Assembly: GCA_030704615.1 (NCBI GenBank)
Contig: CM060734.1
Span: 30,070,001-30,134,000, forward strand
Reading direction: 5' to 3'
Origin: Takakia lepidozioides
Taxonomy: Eukaryota; Plantae; Bryophyta
Length of the DNA stretch: 64,000 nt
The first letter of the stretch is position 1. Every line of letters starts with the position of its first letter. The notes under the pieces were generated by a model. It had not been told where the DNA came from. It ran no database searches and was given only the letters and a program-made list of their open reading frames with translations. This document shows, in pieces, positions 23,327 to 36,000 of the stretch. Both the position numbers and the translations under genes were made by a program.

Positions 23327-25419
23327 CTGAGGATGAGCTACTAGAAGACTACGAGGAGGAGCTTCAGGATGCAGACTACTTTGAAGATGAACCACACAAA
23401 TACTATGAACTGGAGTTAAATGTTTGGTACCTGCAGTTTAGAAGCTTTGATTTCAGACTTCTCTTAGTGCACGAAGCAACAATGTTTTGAACACCAGATA
23501 TTTTTTTACCTTCCTGTTGCTATTGGGAACTATCCATGATGTACATTTTCAATCAGAGTGATTCTGTTGCATTGTTATTGGCAATCCCATCAATCCTCTG
23601 CTTATCTACAACATATGTCTGCCTTATGCCTGTCAATATGGAGGAATCCAGTGACTCCATTTTGAGAACCGATAGTCAACAACTTTTGCTTAGGTTTTTT
23701 TCTTTTTGTTCTGATGCCTATCCATTGCAGGATTCCAGTTTGCTCGTAACAGCTCTCTCTACCAACCCAGAGTATTTGTGGAATAAGGTATGCATGGTGG
23801 AATGTCTTTCTCATCCCTTCCGACTGCGTGTTACAACATTGGTAGATAACTGCAAGGCCCTTTCAGATCAGGTTGCCAAGCAGATAGTGGTTTTACAGGA
23901 TATAAAAGAGGAAAGACGGTGAAAGTAACGAGAAACCAATTATTTTTAAGCTGGTAAGGAAGAAGTTGGTTTTCCCTTTGTGATGAGATTGTGAAGGATA
24001 TATTAATATGATGTGTTAGGCTCCATAAAGTGATTGCTGAAGTGGATCAGTCTTGCATATGTAATATGAAATGAAATTTCTTCTTTGGAACGGTTGAGTA
24101 CTGATTCTCTATATTCCGGGTGATATTGCTACAGACATTTCTAGTTGCTGGCAAGGAGTGTGAGCATGGCTGCCGTCTCTGAGGATGGAGAAGACTCCCT
24201 GGGCAACCATTTTCTGGTCGCATTGGACTTGGGAAAATGTACTAGTAAATGATCTCTTGGAGTTTTTCCATGCCGCTTACTTTTCCCAATATTACTTCCC
24301 ATTTGTGAAATAATTATAATATATCTTTGGCGAGCATAGAGCTAGGTACGTTACATTATACTTATCAGAACTAATTCTATTAGCCTCGGATCATGTCTAA
24401 TTTGTTCAAGCAAATTTCACAGGCCTGGATGGAGACGATCTTGTCCTTTTGCTAAAAATGGCTCTCTCCCTCTCTGATCCAGCCTTGGCCTACCTGAGCG
24501 ACAAAGCTCTTTTTGGGTTTTCTGGAACACGCTTGCTGCAGCTCATCATCCTCAGGGAAACACAGGTGTACCACCAGGAAAAGGAATTGAGTTTTAAGGA
24601 GGGAATGAGTGGCTGTAAAACAAGTTGTATGATGAATGTTATGAATTTTTGGGAACATGCTTTATCCCTCCCCATCTTGAGAGTTGGACATAGTAAATGG
24701 TGGACAAGATAGATTTCTTCTTCTTTGTCAATCAACCCTATGCTACCAACTGCCCCCAACAGGGTCATTGTGGAAATGTACTTAACAATCTTGGCATAAG
24801 ATCCTTGATATGGGTACTTGTCCAGGAATTAAGTAATATCTCGAACATTTTCGTTTGTGTAATTTTGTCTCCTCTTTCTGGTCAAAGGGAACAACATTTG
24901 CAATTGTGCTTATGTGTGGTCATAGGCAGTAGGCCTGGTGACAGGACTCGGGCAGAGTGGTGGTATTTATTTGAGGTGTTAGAGGGTGTGAAATGTACGC
25001 TATGCGGGGGGAGAGGCCAGCACGTGGCTGCCAGAGTTCATCCCCCGGATGGAAAATGGCGCCGAATTTCCATCCGAGGGGGCTTTGATGAAGTAGTCTG
25101 TGGGGCAGAGGCCGGCACGTGGCTGCCAGAGTTGTTGGGTCTTCTCAACACAACAGCAATAATAGCTACATGTAAGAGCCACATAGTCAGCCATATAAAT
25201 AAAGGCATCTCCTCTTTTGGATGCCAACTAATACAAACCAAATTGTTCATGCATGTAGAATTTTAAGCCCACAAATTGCCTTGAGAGCAAACGTGCACAA
25301 CATTCATTTGCAATAACTTAGTGTGATATGTAGTTTGCAGTAGGTAGCAATGAGATTATTTTTCATATGCAATTGTGCTATTCATATATGATACACCCAT
25401 CAAGTGTTTTTTCAATATA

Positions 25420-25655
25420 TATACTAGATTATACCACATTTCAGATACCAGTATATGTACTAGCTGGTAGTACTTGAGCAAATTTGAATTCATACCATTG
25501 CATAAGTGATTGCTCATTTCTCAATATCCATACCAGATAGATATATGACTTAAAATATCCCTAGTATCAATGTTCCCCTGGTATATCATTTTGGAAGCCA
25601 TCTATACATCAGGACCAGCCTGGTATCAAAAAATGTTGATACCAGACTAACACTG
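25420..25655 (+). mobile_element. Probable hAT 3' terminus
   Basis: Ends ...ACTAACACTG (reverse complement CAGTGTT, a hAT-type TIR start), preceded by clustered ATACCA/TGGTAT subterminal motifs. Partner TIR not found in the window. Confidence 0.45.
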
Positions 25656-26586
25656 GTTTAAATTGGGACTCAGACATTGGATTTAGGAGATTATAGCAAA
25701 ATATTTTACCCCATTTAGTGAATGTGAAAATTTTCATGGAAAAGAGTTTTATTGGAAACATTGCAATATCGAGATTGATTTTTCTTCATACAGGCTCTGC
25801 ATAATTGGATATATATAACAATTAAAAATTCCATCCCCAAAATTAGATCAAGATTTTAAAAATTGTGAAAGGAGGTTTTGTCTGTAAAATCTGGGCTGAT
25901 AGACTGAATGTTTATACTGCTTACCCAAGTACACCCATGACATAGTTTTGTTTTATAATTTCTCAGTTTAACACGAGTTTCAAATTGTAACAAAGGCTAT
26001 TTTCCAAGGTCGAAACATAGGAGAGGATTAGACGGAGTGAGGGCACATGTGTTGGAATGGGTGAAATGTGAGGGCACCTGTAGAGGGTAGCATAATAGAG
26101 GCTAGAAGAGAAACAAGTCCGAGAGTTTTCCAGAAGCAGGATGAGGGAGTGTACATCTTCTAAAAGACTTCACCGCCTACAGTCAATATATAAAGAGGGT
26201 AAAGAGCTACATTTTACAGGCTCACCTACCTGCAAGCAAAGCCACTCATTACAAATACATGGATTTCTGGCCAGTTCTTGCCGGTCCTAATGTACTCTGG
26301 GTCCTACCATGATATACTAGTACAATACTGGTTAGTAAACCTAACTCAAAAGAATTAAAAAAATTCACCACTCAGACAACGAGTTTCACACCACACCACA
26401 GATGCTTTCAAGGATCCTCTGCTTGGTTTTTAAGTTTTCCTCATTGTGGATGCAAGCAATAAATGTCCAAAAAACAGCTCAACGACGATTCCGACACTTG
26501 AGAACTTACATATAATTTATTATTTTGGGATTTAAGGTGACAGCCCAACGAAAAATGATAAGGTAATAGTCTAACAGCGCGGAACA

Positions 26587-26658
26587 GTCCCTCATACAGT
26601 CGATCCATATTCTCTTCATGGAATTCAGATAGAGCTAACATTGAAATATCATTGGGAT
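26587..26658 (-). ncRNA. Degenerate C/D box snoRNA candidate
   Basis: TCCC/GGGA end stem. D' CTGA has a guide complementary to 18S UAGAGCUAA; the variant D box (ATGA) has a guide complementary to 25S AGUCGAUCC. C box is degenerate. Confidence 0.45.
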
Positions 26659-26891
26659 ACATTCCAGAGAACAGATCAGATCAGCTGACAGTAAAATCAT
26701 GTTGAAACCCCAGTACACAAACATCGGAGGACAGTTTCGGCTCAATGGTAGCAAACACGCATCCACACACAGCAGAAACAAAGACCTTCACCTGAGATAA
26801 ATCCCAGTGTCCTACTAAGGATGAGTAAATTGTATCTGATCGTATGGACACCATGAGAACTTCATAGGAAAACAATCAATGGCCCCAGAGT

Positions 26892-26979
26892 TTGTCTCAG
26901 ATAGAATTCTATGGTGTATAGTCATATCAGCACGGATAACTAAGTATGGTGCATGACATCTTATCCTCATCATCGACAA
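26892..26979 (-). ncRNA. C/D box snoRNA
   Basis: Minus strand: ttgtcg-ATGATGA ... CTGA (D') ... CTGA-gacaa, with a 5-bp terminal stem. The D' guide matches rRNA GGAUAAC. Confidence 0.7.
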
Positions 26980-27183
26980 CCTCTTTCCCTGTCCAACCAG
27001 AATGATCAAATGTCCAGCCACCTTTAACAGCCAATCTCATCTCAATCGAGACAAACAGTATCACTACTACCATACGCCTACAACTATTTCATGACATCAA
27101 AACTGATGGCAGAGAAAGGGAAAAAAATGACAACTCAACACTACAGAAGGAAAATATCGAAAGGGCTTGACAAACAAGGAACG

Positions 27184-27278
27184 GCTGCTCATGTATAGTG
27201 TTGGAACGGAGATTTCTCTTCAACGCCCACCATAAGAGGGCTCAAAGCGAGCTGGGATTATCCAGTAATCATAGCAGC
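27184..27278 (-). ncRNA. Degenerate C/D box snoRNA candidate
   Basis: GCTGC/GCAGC stem; variant boxes ATGATTA and ATGA. Guides match 25S AGUGUUGGA and GAGCUGGG. Confidence 0.5.
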
Positions 27279-27335
27279 ATGACACTAAAATAAACCATTA
27301 CAGATTACGAATGCAAGACCAATAGTATACAATGA

Positions 27336-27426
27336 TTGCTCAGTTAACCGCAACAGGATTGGAGTCTCATCGGCCCCACCTCGTCAGGAGGGGCACTCGA
27401 CAACCCTTCACTTCTCATCCTTGCAA
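27336..27426 (-). ncRNA. C/D box snoRNA
   Basis: TTGC/GCAA stem; C box AGGATGA; D' and D boxes CTGA. The D guide is complementary to 25S UAACCGCAUCAGG at 12/13 positions. Confidence 0.65.
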
Positions 27427-27440
27427 CTACTCGTGGCAGA

Positions 27441-27527
27441 GATCACTCAGTACTTCTTAGAGGTATTATCCCACAGCAGGCCAAGGCCTTTCGGCGGATT
27501 GACAATTAGATGCTCATCACCGTGATC
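27441..27527 (-). ncRNA. C/D box snoRNA (two 18S guides)
   Basis: GATCAC/GTGATC 6-bp stem; C box GTGATGA; D box CTGA with a 12-nt guide to 18S ACUUCUUAGAGG; D' CCGA with a guide to 18S GGAUUGACA. Confidence 0.85.
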
Positions 27528-28096
27528 ATCTGCCCCTCGAGTGCCGAGGAAACCAAACAAGACCAAAATATAGCAAAATTCTCTAGTTCATAGCGTCGAA
27601 GTACCCGAACTGCGTTAACCTACCTGGACACAAACAATCCTAAACCCCAAACCAGATTAGTCTTTCTTCCAGACATACCGATTCCAGAAGTCCAAATCTG
27701 GAGATATGAGATTAAGCTTCACCTGAACACATTGATAAAGATCCAGGTTGTTAAGCAAAAACCTATATTGTTCTAGGCGATTTTCAGCGCTCATGTGCCA
27801 CCAAGTTCAAGCACACGAGCGACTCTAGTCCATCGCCAGCATGTCTACTCAACCCCGTAAAGAAAATGGTTAGGGAAGCACTCCTAACAAATGGAGAGCA
27901 GGCTGCTTATCATTCGATCGATGCCAATACCTCAATTTACAAGATGCACGGCAGTAGCACATGAACGTATTGACGGGACTGGTTTCAAATCGAAACAAAA
28001 TACGGAACACGGAAATCTCCCCTGCACTACATGCCGGGAAGCGCATAAGAGGTTCCGATCGTATTAGGTAAAGCCATACGATCGGGATGTGATAGA

Positions 28097-28176
28097 ACCG
28101 CTCAGACCCTTAGATGTTCTGCAAGTTTGAGATATTTTCAGTCAAAAGACTGATTATCAAGTCTCATCACCGCGGT
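28097..28176 (-). ncRNA. C/D box snoRNA
   Basis: ACCGC/GCGGT stem; C box GTGATGA; D' and D boxes CTGA; 15-nt D guide to 18S CCCUUAGAUGUUCUG. Confidence 0.88.
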
Positions 28177-30751
28177 CTGTGCAACTAAAACGCTGAAATC
28201 ACCACCTGCGCCACTCAATACCACATTCCCAGCCATCTCTAAACCAGCCAAACATAACCTCCCAGATACAACATGCACTATCGAACAAACTACACCACAT
28301 TCGACATGTTACCAGGAACAGATCCACTACCTCGCGACACAGACTAGCCGCAGTGCTAAAGACAACACGCCAACACGAAGAAGCCCGTGCACATCTCAGT
28401 CGCAGTAACGAGTCAAACAGGAGAAGAGCACTGAAACTGTTTGCTGCTCTTTCGCACTACTCGCAAGCAAGCATTTTCGATGCCCTCCATCTGTGCACAC
28501 CATCCATGCCAGCATACCTGGAGTACAACCTAGTTGCAGGAGCACCAACAAGCACCACCAAAACCAGACCCATCCCGAGAGAGAGACAATCCAGAGAAGC
28601 GATCAAAGAGAAGAGATGCTTCAAACGAACGATGGCGGCGACTTATAGGGTTTCTCCAAAGCCCTAAGGCGCTTGCGACCGCCGGATCTCATCAACGACC
28701 TCCGGATATTCTTCACTTAAGAACCGTCGGTCGCCACAGCGATTGATTGATTCATCCATGTGTGGATGAATACACTAGCAGGCTAAGCAGTTGCTAACAT
28801 CCTATAAGATGCTTAGGTTCGATTGTAAGGTCCCATAAGATTCGCTAGATTCGCTAGAAGAATCGCTCAAGTTCAAACCTCGGGCACCATTTGTTATGGA
28901 CTTGACCATGACGACAATTTGCAGGTTACATTCATCCTGGCGTTCACCAGTGGATGGATGATGTATGGTTGTCTCGGGATTGGGGTCAGGTCGACATGTC
29001 GGTCTGAGCAGATCGAGGTCTGGAATGACGTGAGCAAATCTGGAGAAGGCAGTCCTCCTCGCTGACGCTGGGAGCAGGGGAGAGAGAAGACATGGGAGCT
29101 CCACTGGAATGGCAATGGAGGATTTGGTATCGCTGTTTCGTAGGGCTGGCTTTGGCCGCTGGATGGACTGTACCTTCTGTCACGCAGGTGTCAGCATTGG
29201 AATCCCTTCCCTTCAGAGTGCTACATGGTGTGGTCCTCTCCCTTCACCCATTCTCCTGTGCGTTCTTTGAGCTGTGTGGCTATCGGTGATAATCGCTTCA
29301 AATCATTCTAGCTCTTGCAGGAAATGGAATTTTATTGTATTTTTATCGTCTTCTCCCTATCAGCTTCCTCGTCTTCTTTGAGTTGGCCAGTGAACTGCTT
29401 TTGCCATTGAACTGCTTTTAGAACTGGAATCATGCAGCACAAATGGAAATCTTCCAGAGTCGAGATAAGACTTGCTTATACGTTTCTCAAGCGGCAAAGC
29501 AAATCAGTTCACTACACTAGCTGATCAATAGCAAATGCTGCTTTGTCCAGCTCTTTTTAACGTAAGAGGAAAGCTCTGGATTTCCTTCCTTTACCCTAGT
29601 ATTTTTCTAGTTTATGTTTGTTTTACGTTAGTATGTTGGCTGCCCAGGCCTGGGATATTCATTCCCGGCTTGTTTAGCTAAGTGGTTCGAAGAATTGTCA
29701 AAAGTCACTACTTCTTTCGTCCGTCAAACTTTCCGGTTTGGCCTGGGTATCTTCCAATTTCCAGGTGTCTCTCCATGATCACCTTCACAGTCATGTAGAG
29801 GTTAACTCCTTGCGAACTCTTTGTCTGCTCTCTCTTTCTTTATCCATGGCAATGTATTCCCCAAAAAGGATTTCCCCTACTGTCTATTTAACTTGCGACA
29901 TAAATAACAATCGCAAATCGATCAGCCAGGATACTTCAATCGCCTTGAGTGTTCATATCCTTTTATGTCTAATTACACAACCAATCCTGCAGTCACTCCT
30001 TTTGTTAATTACCAAATAGTAGTGTCACCTAGTTAACTTCCAAATGCATAAGTTTGTATATATCAATAATTTCTTCAGAGATGTCCTTAAGCTTCAAACT
30101 ACTTTGGGGATGGATTGGCACATGGTTGGCAGGCATTGGAGACCAATGCGACAATGAGGGGATTACACGATTTACACAGCTATTGAGCAGCATGTCAGGA
30201 GCTGTGGGATTTTGCATGTTGTGACTCCTATCTGTCAGCCTTCTATGCATCCGTTTTTGTTTTGCAATGAAGCAATAATGATCTGCTTTAAACTCCTGTT
30301 CGTTGTTGGCCAGTCTCGCTGGTACCTAGTGGAACAACAGTTGGTTCTACTCCACGATCCTATGAGTTAAAAAGTCTGAATATCTGGATAGATCTCTAGA
30401 GTGATCCCAAGTCAGCGGCGCTGAACCAGACAGAGACGGCTGAAAGAAGCTGCACCTCGTCTTTCCGACCCTCGGGTTGTAGCATCACAAAACCCATATG
30501 TAACATTTTGGATTATTATCTGGAATTGTCACTGTGGGTGACGGGCCACACAAGTGATACTAAGTCTTTTGGGTGGTGGTCCCCACTGGGTTGTCCTTAG
30601 TCCATGGTCTCACACTACAGATATTATTTCTTCTGAAGTTTGTTTAAAAGAACTTCCAAATATAGAGCTACAGTGTCAGATAGGGCAGACTCATGGAATG
30701 CAGAATGTAGAATGTAGAGCTGGCTGGCTGTCTCACCTTATGAAGTTTAGG

Positions 30752-33037
30752 TTAATACAAATGTGAAGGCAGACGAGGGTCTGCAATCACACGCAATGGA
30801 TTTACCCGAGACAGCATCCCCCCTAGAAATTGCTCTGACATGTCCACCTGATCTTTTGGGTCTTCCTGATTTGGCATTCTGAAATTGAAGCTCTGGATTA
30901 GACGAGCCACGCATATCTGCACGAAGAGCATTCCCAATGGCATTCCTGGACATTGACGTCTTCCTGCTCCAAAGGGTAATAGATTAAAGTGCTGGCCTTT
31001 TACGTCGATCTCAGGTTGCGTAACAAATCTCCCTGGGTCAAACTCAAGGGGCCTTTCCCAGGTAGCGGGATCCCTTTGGATAGCGTAGATGTTGACGAGC
31101 AGGCGTGTTGGAGCTTGTAATTGATAGCCTGCTACTTGGCACTTCTCTATTGACTCACGCGGCACTGACAAAGGTGCAGGGGGATGAAGACGGAGCACCT
31201 CCTTTATAACAGCCTGGAGGTAAGAGAGACTGGGAAGGTCAGATTCCTCCACCCTGCGGCTGGTACCAACCACAGAGTCCAGCTCATCCTGCACACGCAT
31301 CATAACTTGGGGATGTCGCAAGAGCTCTGCTATTGCCCAGTCTGCTGCGCTCGAGGAAGTATCTGTTCCAGCGATAATCATATCCTGCATGGAAACAAGC
31401 ATTTTTTATTGAGCTAAATCATTCAATTGGTCATTCTCAAGGACCTGCAACAACTTCTATCAAGAGTCGAAAGATTCAACCAGTTGAAAAGATACTAGCT
31501 TGCCTGTGTGCCAATGCATTAGAAAACATTGATCAGTAGACAGCTAAGTGAGCAAACTCTTGAATATTTCCAGCATGCGTACACTGTGTCCCCTTCCTCA
31601 TCTATGTGCGTGCACATCGGTAGCCTCCATTCCCAGTCTATGTACAAAGATACAAGGAAAAGGTCTGAAGGTGCAGATCATGCTTTAATAAGAGCTCGAA
31701 AGTAAGTTCTAGATATATAATGTACGTGTTAAGTTACAATCCTACTGCTGCAGAGAGACTGAACATTACTTGTATCAAAACTTTCACTGTAGCTTCAGGA
31801 AGAAAGCCCAGTCCATCTTCTGAAGGGGTGGACAACAAGGTGTCAACGAAGTCCTTGGGGTCATGAGTATTAGTTGGACCGTCGCCTCCATGTTTGCTTC
31901 CTAGTACAGCATGTTTCCTGTTGAGAATCTCTCCCATTATTTCGTCTGCTCTGTTCTTCACCTTCCACATTTGGGCATCGTAGCCTAAAATTCTCGTGAC
32001 ACGTTGAAGGTATGGAATGAAGTCACCAATCATGATTCCCGCTTGAGCCCTGAGCAAGCTGAGAACCAACCCCTTGAGTTGTTGGCCAGTCTCCTGCTGA
32101 CCCACCTTGTCGGCGCCAAAGTATCTGCGGGGCAAGAATCGTCCTGGGTCACATTTTAAACCTGAGATCATGTGAACAGATTTTGGCCAGGATTATAAGG
32201 TTCCAGTACAGGATATGCAGTGCACAGTTTTCTCGATCTAGTTCTTGACTTAGAGCACGTCAATCCGACCCTCATCCGATCCTCCTTCGATTAACAAGTG
32301 ATGGGCCACCGTCTAACAATTCACAAACTTTACTTCAATATCCTGAAACCAGACTAGAGACAGCGGAGGGGGTTTAGGGCGATTTCACCGTACCTCTTGT
32401 CCAGCATCAGGCGTGTGATGACGTTGTCTGTCAGATTCCCCACCTTGAGAGTGATGTTCACTTCTTTCCCTTCTTGTGCATCTAGCAAGATGGACCTCAC
32501 TGTTGCGTTTATCTCCTCCGTTCTACCTGGACGAGACGCATCCAGGCGCTTGGGTGAAAAGAGCTCCATCGCGCAGATTTTCCTCAAGTACCGCCAGTAG
32601 GGACCATAAGGCGCCCACACGAGGTCAGTGAAGTTGTTGGTGACGATAGCTCCAGACATGGATGGCGGGCGGCTTGCAAACACCTTATCATTGGATTTGA
32701 GAAAATCTCTTGCTGATTCTGCACTAGAGATTATAACAGTGGGCGCGGAGCCCAAGCGCATATACATGATGGGTCCATATCTAGTAGCGAGGGTCTGTAG
32801 TGCCTGGTGGGCGAGGCCTCCCATCTGATGGAGATTCCCTATTACTGGCCAAGCGCGTGGTCCTGGGGGAAGCTTGAGAGAATTGCCCCCACGAAGGAAC
32901 AGGCCCTTAGCCAACAGGCTTACTGTGACTATGCCCGCAAGCACAAGCATCGTCATGTTGCGTTGAGGCCGCCATACACTAGTTGCTTCAGCTGATAGTA
33001 AGCTTATGTTGGAGAGACTCTCGTTTAGAGTCACCAT
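30752..33037 (-). CDS. Cytochrome P450, CYP71 clan (A-type), 3 exons, ~543 aa
   Basis: Exons 33037-32394, 32124-31770 and 31384-30752 (1632 nt, phases consistent, GT-AG). Membrane anchor, LPPGP, WRYLRK, AGTDTS, EVLR, FDPGRF and heme motif PFGAGRRQCPG. TATA at ~33147. Confidence 0.93.
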
Positions 33038-36000
33038 CTGGGTCCTTGGATCAGCACTAGCAATGCTGCCGAGAGAGCCTGGGCTGGGGAGAGAGGGTGG
33101 CGAAAGAGGCAAGTCTGCTTCAGTGATGAGCCAGGTAACTCGGGCCTATATATCTCCTCACTGAAGTCAAACGCCGCTGTCAGCAAACGTCCACCATAGA
33201 ACTGTATATTTCTGGGCTCGCAGTAACCATTTCATATTCAACATATTGTCGCCACAGTGTCAAGCCTTTCTGACCTGCTCGTAAGTGGGATTCTTGAGGT
33301 CCAAGTCCAAAAGCATCATGGTTTACTTTGGGAGAAGGTCCCCTTTCGGTGGACGGTAGCTGCTGTTCCACACCATCCCTTGCAAGGCTATCGTGGCATT
33401 TTGTCAACAGTATTTGTGAACCACATCAGTATAATATGTCACTATACATCTCACGTGGGCATCGTGGAGCAGTGTTCGACACCTAAGTTCACTGGCTTCG
33501 GATTCTTGCTTGGGAAACAAATATACTTCTTCCATAAAACGCCCGGAATAGTGGGGCGGTGGGGAAACACATGTAGATGAAATCAGTTTGTCCGAGTTTC
33601 CTGGTGCTACTCGAGATCTATAAAAACGTTGGGATGTTATTAGTTCTTACTTTAGCTGCTATGTAGTTTGCAGATGCGTTGTTTATGCTTGGGGAGGTAA
33701 GAAAAAAACTGGTGTCACGGATGGTTGTTGCACTTGCCCGTTTTGTATTAGAACAACTTGCTTGTTTTAAGCTTTCATTTACTCCCAATTCTTGCATGTA
33801 TTCCACACGTATGGTTGATCCTGCGAAGTTGACCATGGTTTTGAGGTTCCGACTTCAGACAGCCTTGTTAGTTGGAGGACAATTCTCTATCCCCTTGGAC
33901 TTTGTGTCGACTTGTTCTCCTGCGTTGGTTAATGGGGAGGGATCCTCACTCGACCCGGATCCAAAGGCATGAGGCTAGCTAGCAACGAATCATCTCTCGA
34001 GTGACAGTGAATAACTTGAAAATAAATCAGTCACAACATCAGTACACACACTAGAGACGGGCCTCGGCTATCCATTTCTATTTCCAATCGTTTTCCTGGG
34101 AGGAAAACAAATGGGAGCAAGAAGTTGAAGCAAGGATATGCGAGGAGCTGCAAATCATGCACGTCCTAACGTCTTGTCTGCCTTCCCATTCTCGCAGTCC
34201 GCACCTCCTAAGCATATCAATCCATTGCTCAGGATCTTCTGCGCAAAATTAGCACGACTTTCTCATTGAACTATTTTTGCATGACGCGGTGGCCCGGCAG
34301 CATCTCTGTGGAACCCTTCCCCTCCATGTCCAATTTCTGGCAAGGAAGGAAGACTCGCGCTCACGCGTGAGGGGCCGCCGCCTTCGCTTACCGGACTGTT
34401 TGGGAGTCACATGGCCGTCAGCGAACCTGACTTAACCTCTGCTCTACTCTGGTCGGCGGCCTTCATCCGGTGCTCGGATGAATGAACATTGCTCAAATTC
34501 ACCACTTTCATTATTTCTTATGTTTGATGTTCATGAAGCTGTGTTATAATAAAATAAATAAAGTAAAATAAAACTAAAGCTGATTGAGGGTATCCCTGGA
34601 GGGCTCTCTATTGGACTACAATGCTAAGGGGTTTCTGAAGTGTGGCCTACTTCCTACCCCTTTTGTGGTTGAAAATAAAGAGAAAAAATACAGAAAAAAA
34701 GTTTCAAGACAGATGTAGATAAAATATTTCATCCAATATTTATAGATGAAGTATGTAAACAGGATGTAGTTATATGATCTAGTTGGTGCATGTTTGACTG
34801 GTGAGATATTCATAGAGACACATTGCTCAGCAATCAGTGTGACTACACCGCCCTTCACCATGCAAAAATGCTCCATATGAAGGCCGAAAAAATCTGGGCC
34901 GCTAAAAGAAAGGCAAGAAAACAATCTGAACCTTCCAGCATGAAGGGTTGGAGAAAAATGAATCTTGCAAATGAAAGGCCAAGTTCAATAATGAAGGGGC
35001 CAGCCGGCGGAGGGGGCAGTAGCCGCAAGGCCACGTGGCTTTTAGATACGCCTTCTCTCCAACAATGAAAGGTTCAACTAGTTTTTCTCACCTCGTGAAC
35101 CGTGCCAAGCACCTATACCCCAACCAAGTTGCAACCTATCCAATTCCAATGGCTATTATCAATTTGCCAAATTCCAAATGGCCGTTGCATGCCCAACAGT
35201 GTAGAGCCGAAAATGTTTTTTTAAGAATTTCTTATTTAGAAGGCTTTATTAAATTAAATAGAGTTGGCTTTATGAGTAACTCACATAATCCCAAGAAGAG
35301 GGACTACGATGCAGCATGAAGGTCAACATGGAGTTGGACTATTTACTGAATTTTTTTCACCTAAATATAGTTATTATGGGGACTTAGGATAATGAATATA
35401 GGTCTTATGATAGGTCTTTTTAAGGACGGTTTCTTGATGATGTTTCTTCAACAATTCATAGCAAACTCAAAATTGACTCCAAAATTGCATCTGAAATTTG
35501 TTCTACGTGGGGGGCTATGCATATTATGACATATATTTCAGAGAACATATTCTTCAATAGAATTGGACAAATAAAATTCACTGATCTGAAAAGACAGTTT
35601 TAGGGAAGGTATTCATAGGTTTTTTGTGGACTTTCTGGAATATGAAAAGAGCTCTATTTGATGTCTATTGTACTGAAATATCAAATTTATGTTACAGGGC
35701 AAACTCACCGAATGGCCGCCAAAAAGAATGAAGGGTTGTCAAAATTACAGCCCTTAACCCCTTAAGGACTCACTAGGCAACCTGAATCGACCCACAACGG
35801 ATTTTGTGGATGTAATTGGACGACCTCTATGTCTGAAGCAATCCTGGAGCCCTGCTCCTCATGCGCCAAGGAAATTATTTGCGCCCGAAAAAACAGAAAC
35901 TCCATCGGCTAGGAATTTTCAAGTATTCAGTCTTGGGTAAAAATAGGGAAGTCGAGTAGAGTAGACTACCACACATGGTCGGTTGCATAGGCCCACTGGC

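Larger units (their letters stand above)
16256..23490 (+). mobile_element. hAT transposase C-terminal half (pseudogene), split by an LTR element
   Basis: RVPSGSTWAIA...CILNQTHSYWLLSDAL, AHNMLALHLDPRYKGL and the dimerisation domain CPLIWWKNHE...GSQIECERIF...LTSLRRCRLG..NLEKLVMIMKNWP (16256-17153). The frame resumes after the insertion as DELLEDYEEEL... to TGA at 23490. Confidence 0.85.
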
